In this document: piece after piece, positions 46,539 through 56,348 of the stretch
Layout: every line of letters starts with the position of its first letter
How positions within the stretch are numbered: the stretch's first letter is position 1
Assembly (NCBI GenBank): GCA_001771365.1
Contig: METP01000048.1
Coordinates: 1-57,223, forward strand
Origin: a candidate division WOR-1 bacterium RIFCSPLOWO2_02_FULL_46_20
GTDB lineage: Bacteria > Margulisbacteria > WOR-1 > O2-12-FULL-45-9
DNA: 57,223 nt
Direction of reading: 5' to 3'
Notes under the pieces: generated by a model
The model's database searches: none
What the model saw: only the letters and a program-made list of their open reading frames with translations
Told to the model about the DNA's origin: nothing
Position numbers and translations under genes: made by a program

Positions 46539-47533
46539 TAAACCCATTGGCACGTCTGGTGCCGGCGTTGATAGCTTTGTTAATAATTGTCGCGGCCGGA
46601 GTGACCGGGTACCATTTTATAGAAGGCTGGCCGTTTTTTGATTCCATTTACATGCTGGTTATCACTCTCTTTACGGTTGGCTTCGAAGAAGTTCAGCCTC
46701 TCTCAGACTCGGGCAGGCTGCTTACTATGGTAATTATCATATCTGGCGTAGGTACCGCCATATATGCGGCAGGCCAGTTGGGCGAAATGATTATCGAGGG
46801 ACAAATTTTTGGCTACAGGAGGAGAAGAAGAATGGAAAAAAAGATAAGGGAGCTAAAGGATCACTACATTATCTGTAGTTTTGGGCGGGTAGGGCACAAG
46901 GTGGCGCAGGAATTTGAAACAGCCAAGATCCCTTATGTTGTTATTGATTCCAAGCCGGAAACTGCTGTTGAACTGGAACCCAAGGGGACTCCTTATTTGG
47001 TGGGGAGCGCAGCCTCTAACGGGGTCCTGAAAGAGGCGCAAATAGAAAAGGCTAAGGGGCTGATTGCCTGCGCGGATTCGGACATGGAAAATGTGTTTGT
47101 GACCCTTTCGGCGCGTTCAGCTAATAAAGACATCTATATAGTGGCGCGGGCCAGCGGCCAGGACGCTGAGGATAAGCTAAAAATGGCCGGAGCCAACAGG
47201 ATCATTTCCCCTTATTTCATTTCCGGCAGGCGGATGGCGGCTTTGGCCATCAGGCCGGTGACCAGCGATTTTCTCGATACGGTTATGCATGGGGAACACC
47301 TGGAATTTAATTTGCGGGAAATTGAAGTGCCGGAAAAATCTTTTGTGATCAATAAAACTTTGGAAGAGGCCCAGATCAGGCAAAAATCAGGCGCTAGTGT
47401 TTTGGCTATTCATAAGCCGGACGGTGGTTTTAATTTGCAACCTTTGGCAATTTCTAAAATTGAATGCGGCGATATCTTAATTGTGATCGGAACGCAAGAG
47501 CAATTAGACCTGCTGGAGAGAATGGTAAAATGA
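46535..47533 (+). CDS. Two-TM potassium channel with RCK (TrkA-N/C) domains
   Basis: Pore TLFTVGFEE, HYIICSFGRVG, AGAN..ISP, TrkA-C tail. Confidence 0.88.
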   Translation: MINPLARLVPALIALLIIVAAGVTGYHFIEGWPFFDSIYMLVITLFTVGFEEVQPLSDSGRLLTMVIIISGVGTAIYAAGQLGEMIIEGQIFGYRRRRRMEKKIRELKDHYIICSFGRVGHKVAQEFETAKIPYVVIDSKPETAVELEPKGTPYLVGSAASNGVLKEAQIEKAKGLIACADSDMENVFVTLSARSANKDIYIVARASGQDAEDKLKMAGANRIISPYFISGRRMAALAIRPVTSDFLDTVMHGEHLEFNLREIEVPEKSFVINKTLEEAQIRQKSGASVLAIHKPDGGFNLQPLAISKIECGDILIVIGTQEQLDLLERMVK

Positions 47534-48033
47534 ACGTAGTGGAGCAAGTCGCGGAACTAATGCGTGTGGCGGCGCGCACCGCTCCTAAAGCCCGAGGGAT
47601 TGATCTGCTTGAGATTAAAGTTATTAAGGGCGAAACTATCAAAAAGCTTTCGAAAAAGATGCTGCAGATTGGCAAAGCGGCAAACAATAATACGTTTTTG
47701 CGGGACGGCGAAAACATTTTAAAAGCAGAGGCGATTGTTCTGCTGGGCACGGTAAGCAGATATTTGGGATTAAGATTGTGCGGTTATTGCGGTTATGCCA
47801 ATTGCGCGGAAGCGGAAAAAGCCAAATTGATGTGCGCTTTAAATACAGGAGATTTGGGTATCGCTATTGGTTCCGCGGTTTCTGTGGCCATGGATCATCG
47901 GATTGATAATCGGGTTATGTATTCGGTGGGTAAAACCGCCCTGGAGATGGGCTTGCTGGGCAAAGAGGTTGTGGCAGCGTACGGAGTTCCTTTGTCGGCA
48001 ACAGGCAAGAATCCATTTTTTGATCGCGATTAG
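47530..48033 (+). CDS. DUF2148-like ferredoxin-domain protein
   Basis: AARTAPKARG.D, CGYCGYANC, DLGIAIGSA, DNRVMYS.G, KNPFFDR; start ATG 47530. Confidence 0.75.
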   Translation: MNVVEQVAELMRVAARTAPKARGIDLLEIKVIKGETIKKLSKKMLQIGKAANNNTFLRDGENILKAEAIVLLGTVSRYLGLRLCGYCGYANCAEAEKAKLMCALNTGDLGIAIGSAVSVAMDHRIDNRVMYSVGKTALEMGLLGKEVVAAYGVPLSATGKNPFFDRD

Positions 48034-48053
48034 TACTTCGACAAGCTCAGTAC
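48033..48053. repeat. Short REP-like element CTTCGAC..GCTCAG
   Basis: GTACTTCGACAAGCTCAGTAC; same flanks as the expanded copy at 52867-52945. Confidence 0.55.
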
Positions 48054-48065
48054 GAGGAGGAGATA

Positions 48066-48671
48066 ATGTTTAACGGAATAAGAACAATATTTGAAAAAGA
48101 TCCGGCGGCGGCCAATATCTTTGAAGTGTTGCTGTACCAGGGATTGTGGGCCATGTTTTTTCATCGTGTAGCGCATTGGCTTTATTCGATAAAGATTCCT
48201 GTTCTGCCGCGTTTGATTTCACAAATTTCGCGTTTGCTGACCTTAATTGAGATCCATCCCGGGGCCAAAATCGGCAGAAAGTTTTTTATTGACCATGGTA
48301 ATGGGGTAGTTATTGGCGAGACCGCGGTTATTGGTGATGATGTCGTTATTTATCAGGGTGTTACTTTGGGGGGTACGGGCAGAGAACAGGGGAAACGTCA
48401 TCCTTCCATTGGTGATAATGTGGTGATAGGTGCCGGAGCGATTGTTTTGGGTAATATTAGTATTGGTGATAATTCCCGCATCGGGGCCGGCTCTGTGGTG
48501 ACCAAGTCTATTCCGCCCGACACAACTGTCGTGGGCAACCCTTCGTGGATAATTAGGCGTGAAGGTAAAAAATTAGCTCCGCTTGAACACGGCTCATTGC
48601 CCGATCCTGTGCACAAAGCCTTTGATGAACTAAATAATCGCATAAAAGCGTTGGAAGAAAAATTAAAGTAA
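48066..48671 (+). CDS. cysE: Serine O-acetyltransferase
   Basis: DPAA, EIHPGA.IG..FFIDHG.GVVIGET, GKRHP, hexapeptide repeats. Confidence 0.95.
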   Translation: MFNGIRTIFEKDPAAANIFEVLLYQGLWAMFFHRVAHWLYSIKIPVLPRLISQISRLLTLIEIHPGAKIGRKFFIDHGNGVVIGETAVIGDDVVIYQGVTLGGTGREQGKRHPSIGDNVVIGAGAIVLGNISIGDNSRIGAGSVVTKSIPPDTTVVGNPSWIIRREGKKLAPLEHGSLPDPVHKAFDELNNRIKALEEKLK

Positions 48672-50105
48672 ATGCCCCTCAAAATCTATAACACCTTAAC
48701 CAAACAAAAAGATGAATTTCAACCCCTGGACCCGCCCAACGTTAAAATGTATGTTTGCGGTATTACTCCGTATGATGAAACTCACTTAGGTCACGCGCGG
48801 GCTTATGTGACTTTTGATGTTATTCGGAGATATTTGGAAGAATTGGGCTATAGGGTTGAGTATGTGCAAAATATAACTGATGTTGATGACAAGCTCATTA
48901 AGAAATCTCAAGAGAGCGGAGAGACGGTTGAATCAATTGCTGCCCATTTTACTGATTCTTATAAGTCGGTGATGAAAAAACTCAATATTCTCGATCCGAC
49001 ACAATATGTGAAAGCTACAGATCATATTCAAGAGATGGTCAAGTGGGTCAAAAGGTTGATTGATAAAGGCTTTGCTTATGAGATAGAGGGTGATGTCTAT
49101 TATTCAGTGGAGAAATTTAGAGAATATGGCAAGCTTTCAAAGAGAAAAATTGAAGACATGGTGTCCGGCGCAAGAGTGGCTGTTGATGAAAGGAAAAAGA
49201 ATCCTTTGGACTTTGCTTTGTGGAAAACGGCCAAAGAAGGAGAGCCTGCCTGGGGTTCGCCGTGGGGAAAGGGTAGGCCGGGCTGGCACATTGAATGTTC
49301 AGTGATGTCAACAAAGTATCTTGGCGAGCAATTTGACATCCATGGCGGCGGGCTTGATCTTGTTTTTCCTCACCATGAAAACGAGATTGCCCAGACAGAA
49401 GCGGTGACCGGCAGATCGCCCTGGGTTAAATATTGGGTCCACAACGGGTTTGTTAATGTTAATAAGCAGAAAATGTCAAAGTCATTGGGGAATTTTTTTA
49501 CTTTAAAAGATATTTTTAAGCAATTTGAGCCCATGGCCGTGCGTTTATTTATTTTGCAGACCCATTACCGCGGGCCGATTGATTTTAGTGATCAGGAATT
49601 GGAAAAATCTAATACTGCTTATGGAAATTTGTGTAATTTTGTTGATAATGTAAACTCCATTTTGGAAATAGGATCAAAAGATATTCCCAGAGTAAGAGCT
49701 CACTTTGATGATGAAGTTAAGGGCAAACTAGAAAACTTTGAAAAGAGATTTAGAAAAGAAATGGATGATGATTTTAATACTGCTGCCGCTTTAGCCGTTG
49801 TTTTTAAGGTGATTAGCTTCTTTTATTCTAGCTTAAAGGAAAAACAAATTGATTTGGTTGACGTCAAAAAGATAAAAGAAATGGTATCAGGTTTTTCTGC
49901 GATTTTAGGGATTAATGTTAGGGAAACGAAATTGGACGACGAGTCAAAACGTTTGGTCCTGGATTTAGATAGGGCACGATCGAATAAAGATTTTGCCACG
50001 GCAGACCAAACAAGGTTGGCATTAGAAAAGATGGGGTATAAAGTGAAAAATACCAAGGCAGGGACTGTGTTGACAAGGGCTGCGGCATGGCTGCCAAAGT
50101 TATAA
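48672..50105 (+). CDS. cysS: Cysteinyl-tRNA synthetase
   Basis: MYVCG.T.Y...HLGHAR, GRPGWHIECS, FPHHENE, KMSKS. Confidence 0.96.
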   Translation: MPLKIYNTLTKQKDEFQPLDPPNVKMYVCGITPYDETHLGHARAYVTFDVIRRYLEELGYRVEYVQNITDVDDKLIKKSQESGETVESIAAHFTDSYKSVMKKLNILDPTQYVKATDHIQEMVKWVKRLIDKGFAYEIEGDVYYSVEKFREYGKLSKRKIEDMVSGARVAVDERKKNPLDFALWKTAKEGEPAWGSPWGKGRPGWHIECSVMSTKYLGEQFDIHGGGLDLVFPHHENEIAQTEAVTGRSPWVKYWVHNGFVNVNKQKMSKSLGNFFTLKDIFKQFEPMAVRLFILQTHYRGPIDFSDQELEKSNTAYGNLCNFVDNVNSILEIGSKDIPRVRAHFDDEVKGKLENFEKRFRKEMDDDFNTAAALAVVFKVISFFYSSLKEKQIDLVDVKKIKEMVSGFSAILGINVRETKLDDESKRLVLDLDRARSNKDFATADQTRLALEKMGYKVKNTKAGTVLTRAAAWLPKL

Positions 50106-50174
50106 GTGTTTCATGTTTGACCCCCTAATTTTTATTGTGTATACTTGAAATATTACAAGAGGAGTTGAGGAGAT

Positions 50175-50474
50175 ATGAGCAAATTAACAACAGAAAAGAT
50201 TATGGCTTCTTTGAAGAAAAACAAAGAAGTTTTAAAAAAACATCTTGTCAAGAGGATTGGCTTGTTTGGTTCTTATGTCAGAGGAGATGAAAACGAGAAA
50301 AGCGACATGGATTTTTTAGTTGAGATGTCAAGGCCTTCATATGAACATTTTTTTGATCTCGCTACTTATTTAGAAAATCTTTTTGGGAAAAAAATTGAAT
50401 TGATTACGCTGAAAGGAATGAGTCCTCACATCTGGCCATATATAAAAAAGGAGATCAAATGGTATGAAACATGA
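50175..50474 (+). CDS. mntA: MNT nucleotidyltransferase antitoxin
   Basis: GSX10DXD (GSYVRGDENEKSDMD); own promoter TTGACC-N17-TATACT 50117-50145. Confidence 0.88.
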   Translation: MSKLTTEKIMASLKKNKEVLKKHLVKRIGLFGSYVRGDENEKSDMDFLVEMSRPSYEHFFDLATYLENLFGKKIELITLKGMSPHIWPYIKKEIKWYET

Positions 50475-50805
50475 TGGCGTTTATCTGCGGCATATTCTTG
50501 ATGAGATCGTTTATCTGGTCAATGAATCTTCAACAATAAGTCCAGAGGAATTTTTAAAGAATGAAACATTAAAAAGAGCGTTTTCCCGCAGTCTGGAAAT
50601 AATTGGAGAGGCAGCAAAGCACCTGTCTTCTAGTTTAAGAGAAAAGCATGCAAAAGTAGAATGGGGCCAAATTACTGGTTTGAGAGATAAGCTTATTCAT
50701 CATTATTTTGGTGTTGATTGGGATTTGCTCTGGGATATTGTCAGAAATAAACTGCCCGAATTTCGACAACAAATCGAATCTATCTTAAATGAGTTGACGG
50801 AGTAA
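50464..50805 (+). CDS. hepT: HEPN (DUF86) RNase toxin
   Basis: LEIIGEA and RX4HXY (RDKLIHHY); overlaps the MNT gene. Confidence 0.88.
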   Translation: MKHDGVYLRHILDEIVYLVNESSTISPEEFLKNETLKRAFSRSLEIIGEAAKHLSSSLREKHAKVEWGQITGLRDKLIHHYFGVDWDLLWDIVRNKLPEFRQQIESILNELTE

Positions 50806-52080
50806 ATGCTTGACCCAAAACTAATCAGAAACAATCCGGACGCCGTTAAAAAAGGCTTAAAAAATCGCAAAGCCGATACTTTTCTGGTTGAGCGCTTTTT
50901 GGCCATTGACGAAGAATGGCGAAAATTAATTATTGAAGTTGATGAGCTGAAAGCCAAACGCAACACGGTTTCTGATCAGGTTGGTAAGATGAAGAAGAAT
51001 GGCGAGGCGGCGGACGATATTATTGCTGAAATGAAAGGGTTGTCCACCAAAGTCAAAGAACTTGATGAAGAACAAAAGAAGGTAGAGCAGCGGCTAAATG
51101 CAATTAGCCTGGAGATGCCCAACACCCCGCATATCTCCGTTCCTGTTGGCATTGATTCCCGTGATAATCTTGAAGTGAGGACTTGGGGTGATAAACCAAA
51201 ATTTAAATTTAAGGCCAAAGCACACGACGAAATCGGGAGAAATCTGGGCGTGCTAGATTTTGAACGAGCAGCTAAAATTTCCGGCGCCAGATTTGTTGTT
51301 TACAGGGGAATGGGGGCGGCGCTTGAACGAGCCTTAATCAATTTTATGCTCGATATTCATATAAAAGAACATGGCTACACGGAAGTATTGACCCCTGTCC
51401 TGGTTAATGCAAAAAGCATGTTAGGCACCGGCCAGCTGCCAAAGTTTGCCGAAGACTTGTTCCGCTGCAAAGATGACGATCTTTATTTAATCCCTACGGC
51501 AGAAGTTTCCGTAACAAACCTTCATGCTAACGAAATTGTCCAGGCAAAAGATTTGCCAATTCAATATGTTTGCTATTCCCCTTGTTTTAGAAGAGAAGCC
51601 GGTTCTTATGGCAAAGATGTTAAGGGGATTATCCGCCAGCACCAATTTAATAAGGTTGAACTGGTAAAATTTGCCGAGCCGGACAAGTCGTATGAAGAAT
51701 TGGAAAAGCTGACTCAAGAGGCAGAAAAAATATTGCAGAGATTGGGACTGCCATATCGGGTAGTTGAACTTTCTACCGGCGACCTTGGTTTCGCTTCCGC
51801 TAAAACCTATGATCTTGAAGTCTGGTTCCCGTCAGAAAATAAATATCGCGAAATTTCTTCCTGCTCAAATTTTGAGTCTTTCCAGGCTCGTCGGGCAGGG
51901 ATCCGTTTCCGCTCAGGCCTTAATTCAAAACCCGAGTACCTGCATACTTTGAATGGTTCTGGCCTGGCGATTGGGAGGACCTTTGCCGCTATCCTTGAAA
52001 ATTTTCAACAAGAAGATGATTCGGTGATTGTTCCTGAAGCGCTGCGGCCTTATTTGCACGGGACAAAGGTAATAAATTAG
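50806..52080 (+). CDS. serS: Seryl-tRNA synthetase
   Basis: [37 protein letters not shown]. Confidence 0.96.
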   Translation: MLDPKLIRNNPDAVKKGLKNRKADTFLVERFLAIDEEWRKLIIEVDELKAKRNTVSDQVGKMKKNGEAADDIIAEMKGLSTKVKELDEEQKKVEQRLNAISLEMPNTPHISVPVGIDSRDNLEVRTWGDKPKFKFKAKAHDEIGRNLGVLDFERAAKISGARFVVYRGMGAALERALINFMLDIHIKEHGYTEVLTPVLVNAKSMLGTGQLPKFAEDLFRCKDDDLYLIPTAEVSVTNLHANEIVQAKDLPIQYVCYSPCFRREAGSYGKDVKGIIRQHQFNKVELVKFAEPDKSYEELEKLTQEAEKILQRLGLPYRVVELSTGDLGFASAKTYDLEVWFPSENKYREISSCSNFESFQARRAGIRFRSGLNSKPEYLHTLNGSGLAIGRTFAAILENFQQEDDSVIVPEALRPYLHGTKVIN

Positions 52081-52083
52081 ACA

Positions 52084-52392
52084 ATGCCGCTTTATGATTA
52101 TAAATGCGCGAAGTGCAGTCATGTTTTCGAAGTCGTGCAGAAAATTTCAGAAGAGCCGCTGAGATATTGCCCGCAATGCAAGGGGCCGATCAAGCGTTTA
52201 ATTTCCGCGGCGGGGATTATTTTTAAAGGTTCTGGCTTTCACGTAACTGATTATGGGAAACGAGGGACGAAGGACGAAGGACGAAAGACGGAGAAAAAAA
52301 CAGACGTTAAAGAGACAAAAAGTTCGCCAGAAGCTGCTTCCCCGCCGAAGTCAAAATTGACTCAGGGTGGAACTGAACCCCCTCCAAAATAA
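52084..52392 (+). CDS. FmdB-family zinc-ribbon protein
   Basis: MPLYDYKC..C...CPQC, FKGSGF..TDY. Confidence 0.88.
   Translation: MPLYDYKCAKCSHVFEVVQKISEEPLRYCPQCKGPIKRLISAAGIIFKGSGFHVTDYGKRGTKDEGRKTEKKTDVKETKSSPEAASPPKSKLTQGGTEPPPK
52265..52292 (+). repeat. Heptamer tandem repeat (GGACGAA)3 plus a variant in the FmdB tail
   Basis: GGACGAA GGACGAA GGACGAA AGACGGA. Confidence 0.7.
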
Positions 52393-52870
52393 ACTTCTTG
52401 TGTCTGATCCCCATAATCTCGTCTTGATCGGTTGTCGCGCTGATTTCAAAACAATCCGGCAGGCTTTCCTTTTCCACGATCAATGAGTGGTAGCGCGTGG
52501 CGGTAAAAGGATTGGGGAGATTTCTAAAAATAGTCTTGCCATCGTGTTTGATCTCCGAAGTTTTACCATGCATTAGTCTTGCCGCTCGAATTACTTTGCC
52601 GCCAAAAACCTCGGCAATTGATTGTTCACCCAAACAGACGCCTAAAATCGGGATTTTACCGGCAAAATGTTTAATGACTTCTTTGGAAATGCCGGCATCT
52701 TTTGGCTCGCCTGGGCCGGGAGAGATGACGATGCTTTTGGGTTTAAGTTTTTCAATCTCTTTGATGCTTATCTTGTCATTGCGGAAAACTTGCAGATCTT
52801 CACCCAGCTCGCCCAGATACTGGACAAGATTATAGGTAAACGAGTCATAGTTATCGATCATTAAAATCAT
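52307..52870 (-). CDS. Glutamine amidotransferase of anthranilate/aminodeoxychorismate synthase (TrpG/PabA)
   Basis: [33 protein letters not shown]. Confidence 0.93.
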   Translation of the reverse strand: MILMIDNYDSFTYNLVQYLGELGEDLQVFRNDKISIKEIEKLKPKSIVISPGPGEPKDAGISKEVIKHFAGKIPILGVCLGEQSIAEVFGGKVIRAARLMHGKTSEIKHDGKTIFRNLPNPFTATRYHSLIVEKESLPDCFEISATTDQDEIMGIRHKKFILEGVQFHPESILTSAGKQLLANFLSL

Positions 52871-52945
52871 TCTTCGACTCCTCCTCGACTCACTTCGTTC
52901 GCTCGGAGTCGCTCAGAATGATCCTGAGCGAAGCCGAATGGATCA
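52867..52945. repeat. Nested REP-like palindromic element in the divergent intergenic region
   Basis: CATTCTTCGAC-[...CTCGACTCACTTCGTTCGCTCGG...]-GCTCAGAATG followed by the inverted-type copy TGATCCTGAGCGAAGCCGAATGGATCA. Confidence 0.6.
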
Positions 52946-52964
52946 TGTTATAATTATAACATAG

Positions 52965-54017
52965 ATGAAGAGCAGACTAATAACATATACCGAAAGAGAA
53001 ACTTGGAATGATTTTGTGTCGCGGTCAGCGGAATGCCCAGTGCTGCAATCTTTTGAGTGGGGAGAATTAAAAGCCAATTTTGGCTGGCAACCGCTCAGAC
53101 TAGCCATTGAAGCTGAAGGGAAATTCATAGCCGGCATATCAATTCTAAAAAAGAAAATGCCTCATCTGCCTTATTCATTATTTTATGCTCCCCGCGGACC
53201 TATTGTTGATTATAACAATAGGGAGGTGTTAGAGTGTCTCCTGCATGCCGTGGAAAAAGAGGCGGATAAACATCATGCTGTTTCCCTCAAAATAGATCCG
53301 GCTGTTCTTGAGCCGGGGCTCTTGCCTGCTTTAGGTTTTATCAAAGCGGGCAAACAGATCCAGCCACGCGCCACAATCATTTTGGATTTAACCAGAGAAA
53401 AAAACGAAATCCTGATGAGTTTTGAAGAGAAGACCAGATATAACATTAGACTGGCAGCCAAAAAAGGGGTCGCGATCAAAGAAAATCTATCGGATAAAGG
53501 CCTCAGTGAATTTTATGAATTATATAAAGGGACGGCCGCCCGGGATAAATTTCTTATTCATCCGGTGACTTATTATCAAAAAATTAGAGAGATTATTTTT
53601 GAAAATGGTTTAGGCAGTAATTTTATCGCTTACTATAACGAAAAGCCGATTGCCGCGGTAATCGTTTTTTGTTTTGGCTCAAAAATCTGGTATATGTACG
53701 GAGCTTCTTCTTCGGAACACCGCAATCTGATGCCCAATCATCTGCTGCACTGGCAGATTATCCAATGGGCCATGGAAAAAAAGTATAAAACCTATGATTT
53801 GTGGGGAATCCCGGCTAATCCGCATGAAGGTCATTCGCTGTGGGGAGTTTATCGGTTTAAAAAAGGTTTTAATGGTGAGACGGTAAAATATATTGGAGCT
53901 TATGATTTTCCATATATCCAATTATTTTATAATGTTTTTGAGCATGGGGTGAGGTGGTTTCAAAACTTTCGCAGTTTTATGATTAAAGGCAAAGTAGAGG
54001 ACTCACTATCAGAATGA
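52965..54017 (+). CDS. FemABX-family lipid II aminoacyl (peptidoglycan bridge) transferase
   Basis: LQSFEWG..K..FGW, YAPRGP, KTRYNIRLA.KKGV, YMYGAS, YDLWG, FKKGF. Confidence 0.88.
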   Translation: MKSRLITYTERETWNDFVSRSAECPVLQSFEWGELKANFGWQPLRLAIEAEGKFIAGISILKKKMPHLPYSLFYAPRGPIVDYNNREVLECLLHAVEKEADKHHAVSLKIDPAVLEPGLLPALGFIKAGKQIQPRATIILDLTREKNEILMSFEEKTRYNIRLAAKKGVAIKENLSDKGLSEFYELYKGTAARDKFLIHPVTYYQKIREIIFENGLGSNFIAYYNEKPIAAVIVFCFGSKIWYMYGASSSEHRNLMPNHLLHWQIIQWAMEKKYKTYDLWGIPANPHEGHSLWGVYRFKKGFNGETVKYIGAYDFPYIQLFYNVFEHGVRWFQNFRSFMIKGKVEDSLSE

Positions 54018-55411
54018 CTATTACCTACGATTCGAGAAAAGTTAGGCCCGGAGACGTGTTTGTGGCAATCCCGGGGTTCAAAGTTGACGGAACAGATTTT
54101 ATCCGTCAGGCTATAGCCAACGGAGCTAAAGTTATTGTAGCCGAAAATGAGGTTAAAGTTCCGGCTGGGGTAAAGTTTGAAAAAGTCCCTTGTGCCCGCA
54201 AAGCTTTGGCCCGTCTGGCCAATAAATTCTATGATTATCCTTCTAAAAAGATAAAATTGATCGGTATAACCGGCACTAATGGGAAAACCACGACCTCGTA
54301 TCTTATAGCTTCAATTCTCAAAAAAGCCGGTTACAAGGTTGGAGTGATTGGGACGATCAACGGTGGTTTAACTACGCCGGAGTCGCTCGATTTGCAGGAA
54401 ATGCTGGCGGATATGGTTGAGCAGGGGATAACCCACGTGGTGCTGGAGGTCTCTTCGCACGCTTTGGCTTTGGATCGGGTGTCCGGTTGTGATTTTGATA
54501 TTGCCATTTTTACCAATTTGACTCACGATCATTTAGATTTTCATAAAACAAAAAAAGAATATCTGGCGACCAAGCTAAAACTTTTCGAGAATCTCAAACA
54601 AGATGGGGTTGCCATCGTGAATGTTGATGACCCGGCCAGTAAAGATATTTTTGAGGTAGTTCAAGGTGAGATTGTGACCTATGGAGTGGGTCAGGCCAGG
54701 CATGAACTGCGCAGCACCAAACATAATGAGTTTGATACTAAGGTTTCCGGAATTGCCATAAGACAAGATTCCATGAGCTTAACAATTAATTCGCGGGAGC
54801 TGCGCACCCCATTAATAGGTATACCCAATGTCTATAATATAGCAGCGGCCTATCAATGCGCCTTAGTTCTGAATATTCCGCAAATGATAATTAAAAAAGG
54901 GATTGAGGCTTTGCAGGGTGTGCCAGGCCGAGTTGAGCGTATTGATTTTGGTCAGCCATTTTCGGTTGTCGTCGATTTTGCTCATTCCCCGGATGCTTTG
55001 CAAAAATTAATCGAAACTTATCGACCGTTAACCGAAGGAAAAATTATTCTTGTCTTTGGTTGTCCTGGGGATCGAGACAAAGACAAGCGACCGGTGATGG
55101 GGGGGATTGCGGCGAAGCTGGCTGACGTTTCTATTATTACTACTGATGATCCGCGTAGTGAGCATCCTGCAAGTATAGTGGATAATATTGTCGCGGGTAT
55201 CCGGTTACCCGGTTATCCGGATATCCGGGACCGCTGCCGCATAATTATCGACAGACGGGAGGCTATCAGGAAGGCTTTGGAACTGGCCGAAAAAGGAGAT
55301 ACTGTGCTTATAGCGGGACGGGGTCATGAGAAGTATCAGGATTTTAATGGTAAAAAAGTGGAGATTGATGATAAGATTGAAGTTGGGCGAATATTAAATG
55401 CGCACAATTGA
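54014..55411 (+). CDS. murE: UDP-MurNAc-tripeptide ligase
   Basis: DSRKV, GITGTNGKTT, TTPES, EVSSH, DHLDFH, DFAHSPD, DDPR, GRGHE. Confidence 0.93.
   Translation: MTITYDSRKVRPGDVFVAIPGFKVDGTDFIRQAIANGAKVIVAENEVKVPAGVKFEKVPCARKALARLANKFYDYPSKKIKLIGITGTNGKTTTSYLIASILKKAGYKVGVIGTINGGLTTPESLDLQEMLADMVEQGITHVVLEVSSHALALDRVSGCDFDIAIFTNLTHDHLDFHKTKKEYLATKLKLFENLKQDGVAIVNVDDPASKDIFEVVQGEIVTYGVGQARHELRSTKHNEFDTKVSGIAIRQDSMSLTINSRELRTPLIGIPNVYNIAAAYQCALVLNIPQMIIKKGIEALQGVPGRVERIDFGQPFSVVVDFAHSPDALQKLIETYRPLTEGKIILVFGCPGDRDKDKRPVMGGIAAKLADVSIITTDDPRSEHPASIVDNIVAGIRLPGYPDIRDRCRIIIDRREAIRKALELAEKGDTVLIAGRGHEKYQDFNGKKVEIDDKIEVGRILNAHN
55199..55230. repeat. Octamer tandem (ATCCGGNT-like x4) in-frame in murE
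   Basis: ATCCGGTT ACCCGGTT ATCCGGAT ATCCGGGA encoding IRLPGYPDIR. Confidence 0.7.
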
Positions 55412-56348
55412 ATGGAAAAATAACAAAGTTAAAATAGTTGACCAGACACTTTTGCCTAATCGCTTAAAGTTTATTCACTTAAAGAACCTCTCCGAAGTTG
55501 TTCGTGCCATCAAAATCATGCAGATACGTGGCGCGCCGGCTTTGGGAGCGGCGGCAGCCTTTGGGCTGGTGTTGGGAGCCGCCAATCTTAAGAGAGCGGC
55601 TAGAGATCTGTTAAATTCCCGCCCTACGGCGGTAAACATCAGGTGGGCGGTGGAGCGGATGCTCAAAGTTCCTAACCCCAATAAAAAATCTTTGTTAGCG
55701 GAAGCTTTGAAAATTGCCGAAGAAGATGTGGAGATCAATAAAAAACTGGGGGCTTATGGAGCCAGGTTGATAAAGTCGGGTATGAAGATCCTGACTGTTT
55801 GCAATGCCGGGGCGCTAGCCACGGTTGATTATGGCACAGCAATTGGTGTGATTAGAGCGGCCCATGACCAGGGCAAAAAAATACATGTCTATCCAGCTGA
55901 GACCCGGCCCAGACTGCAAGGAGCCAAATTAACGGCCTGGGAGCTTAAACAAGCCAAAATCCCCTTCACATTAATTACCGATAACATGATTGGTTATCAT
56001 ATGCAAAAGGGATTGATCGACGTAGTGGTGGTGGGGGCTGATAGGATAGCCAAAAATGGTGATACAGCCAATAAAATCGGCACTTACGCGGCGGCCGTTC
56101 TGGCCAAAGCGCATGGTATCCCTTTTTATATTGCCGCTCCGTTTTCAACGGTTGACCTTCAAACAAAAACAGGCAGCGATATCGTGATTGAAGAACGAAC
56201 TCCTGCTGAGGTGACTGATATTGGCAAGACAAGAATAGCACCCAAAGGAATTAAAGTTGCCAATCCGGCTTTTGATGTTACCCCGGCCAGGTTAATCAAA
56301 GGGATAATAACAGAAAGGGGAATTTTTAAACCGGGCACTATCCGTTAA
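55398..56348 (+). CDS. mtnA: Methylthioribose-1-phosphate isomerase
   Basis: DQT.LP, IRGAPA, RPTAVN, CNAGALAT, ETRP.LQG, GADRI, ANKIGTY, NPAFDVTP. Confidence 0.95.
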   Translation: MRTIEWKNNKVKIVDQTLLPNRLKFIHLKNLSEVVRAIKIMQIRGAPALGAAAAFGLVLGAANLKRAARDLLNSRPTAVNIRWAVERMLKVPNPNKKSLLAEALKIAEEDVEINKKLGAYGARLIKSGMKILTVCNAGALATVDYGTAIGVIRAAHDQGKKIHVYPAETRPRLQGAKLTAWELKQAKIPFTLITDNMIGYHMQKGLIDVVVVGADRIAKNGDTANKIGTYAAAVLAKAHGIPFYIAAPFSTVDLQTKTGSDIVIEERTPAEVTDIGKTRIAPKGIKVANPAFDVTPARLIKGIITERGIFKPGTIR

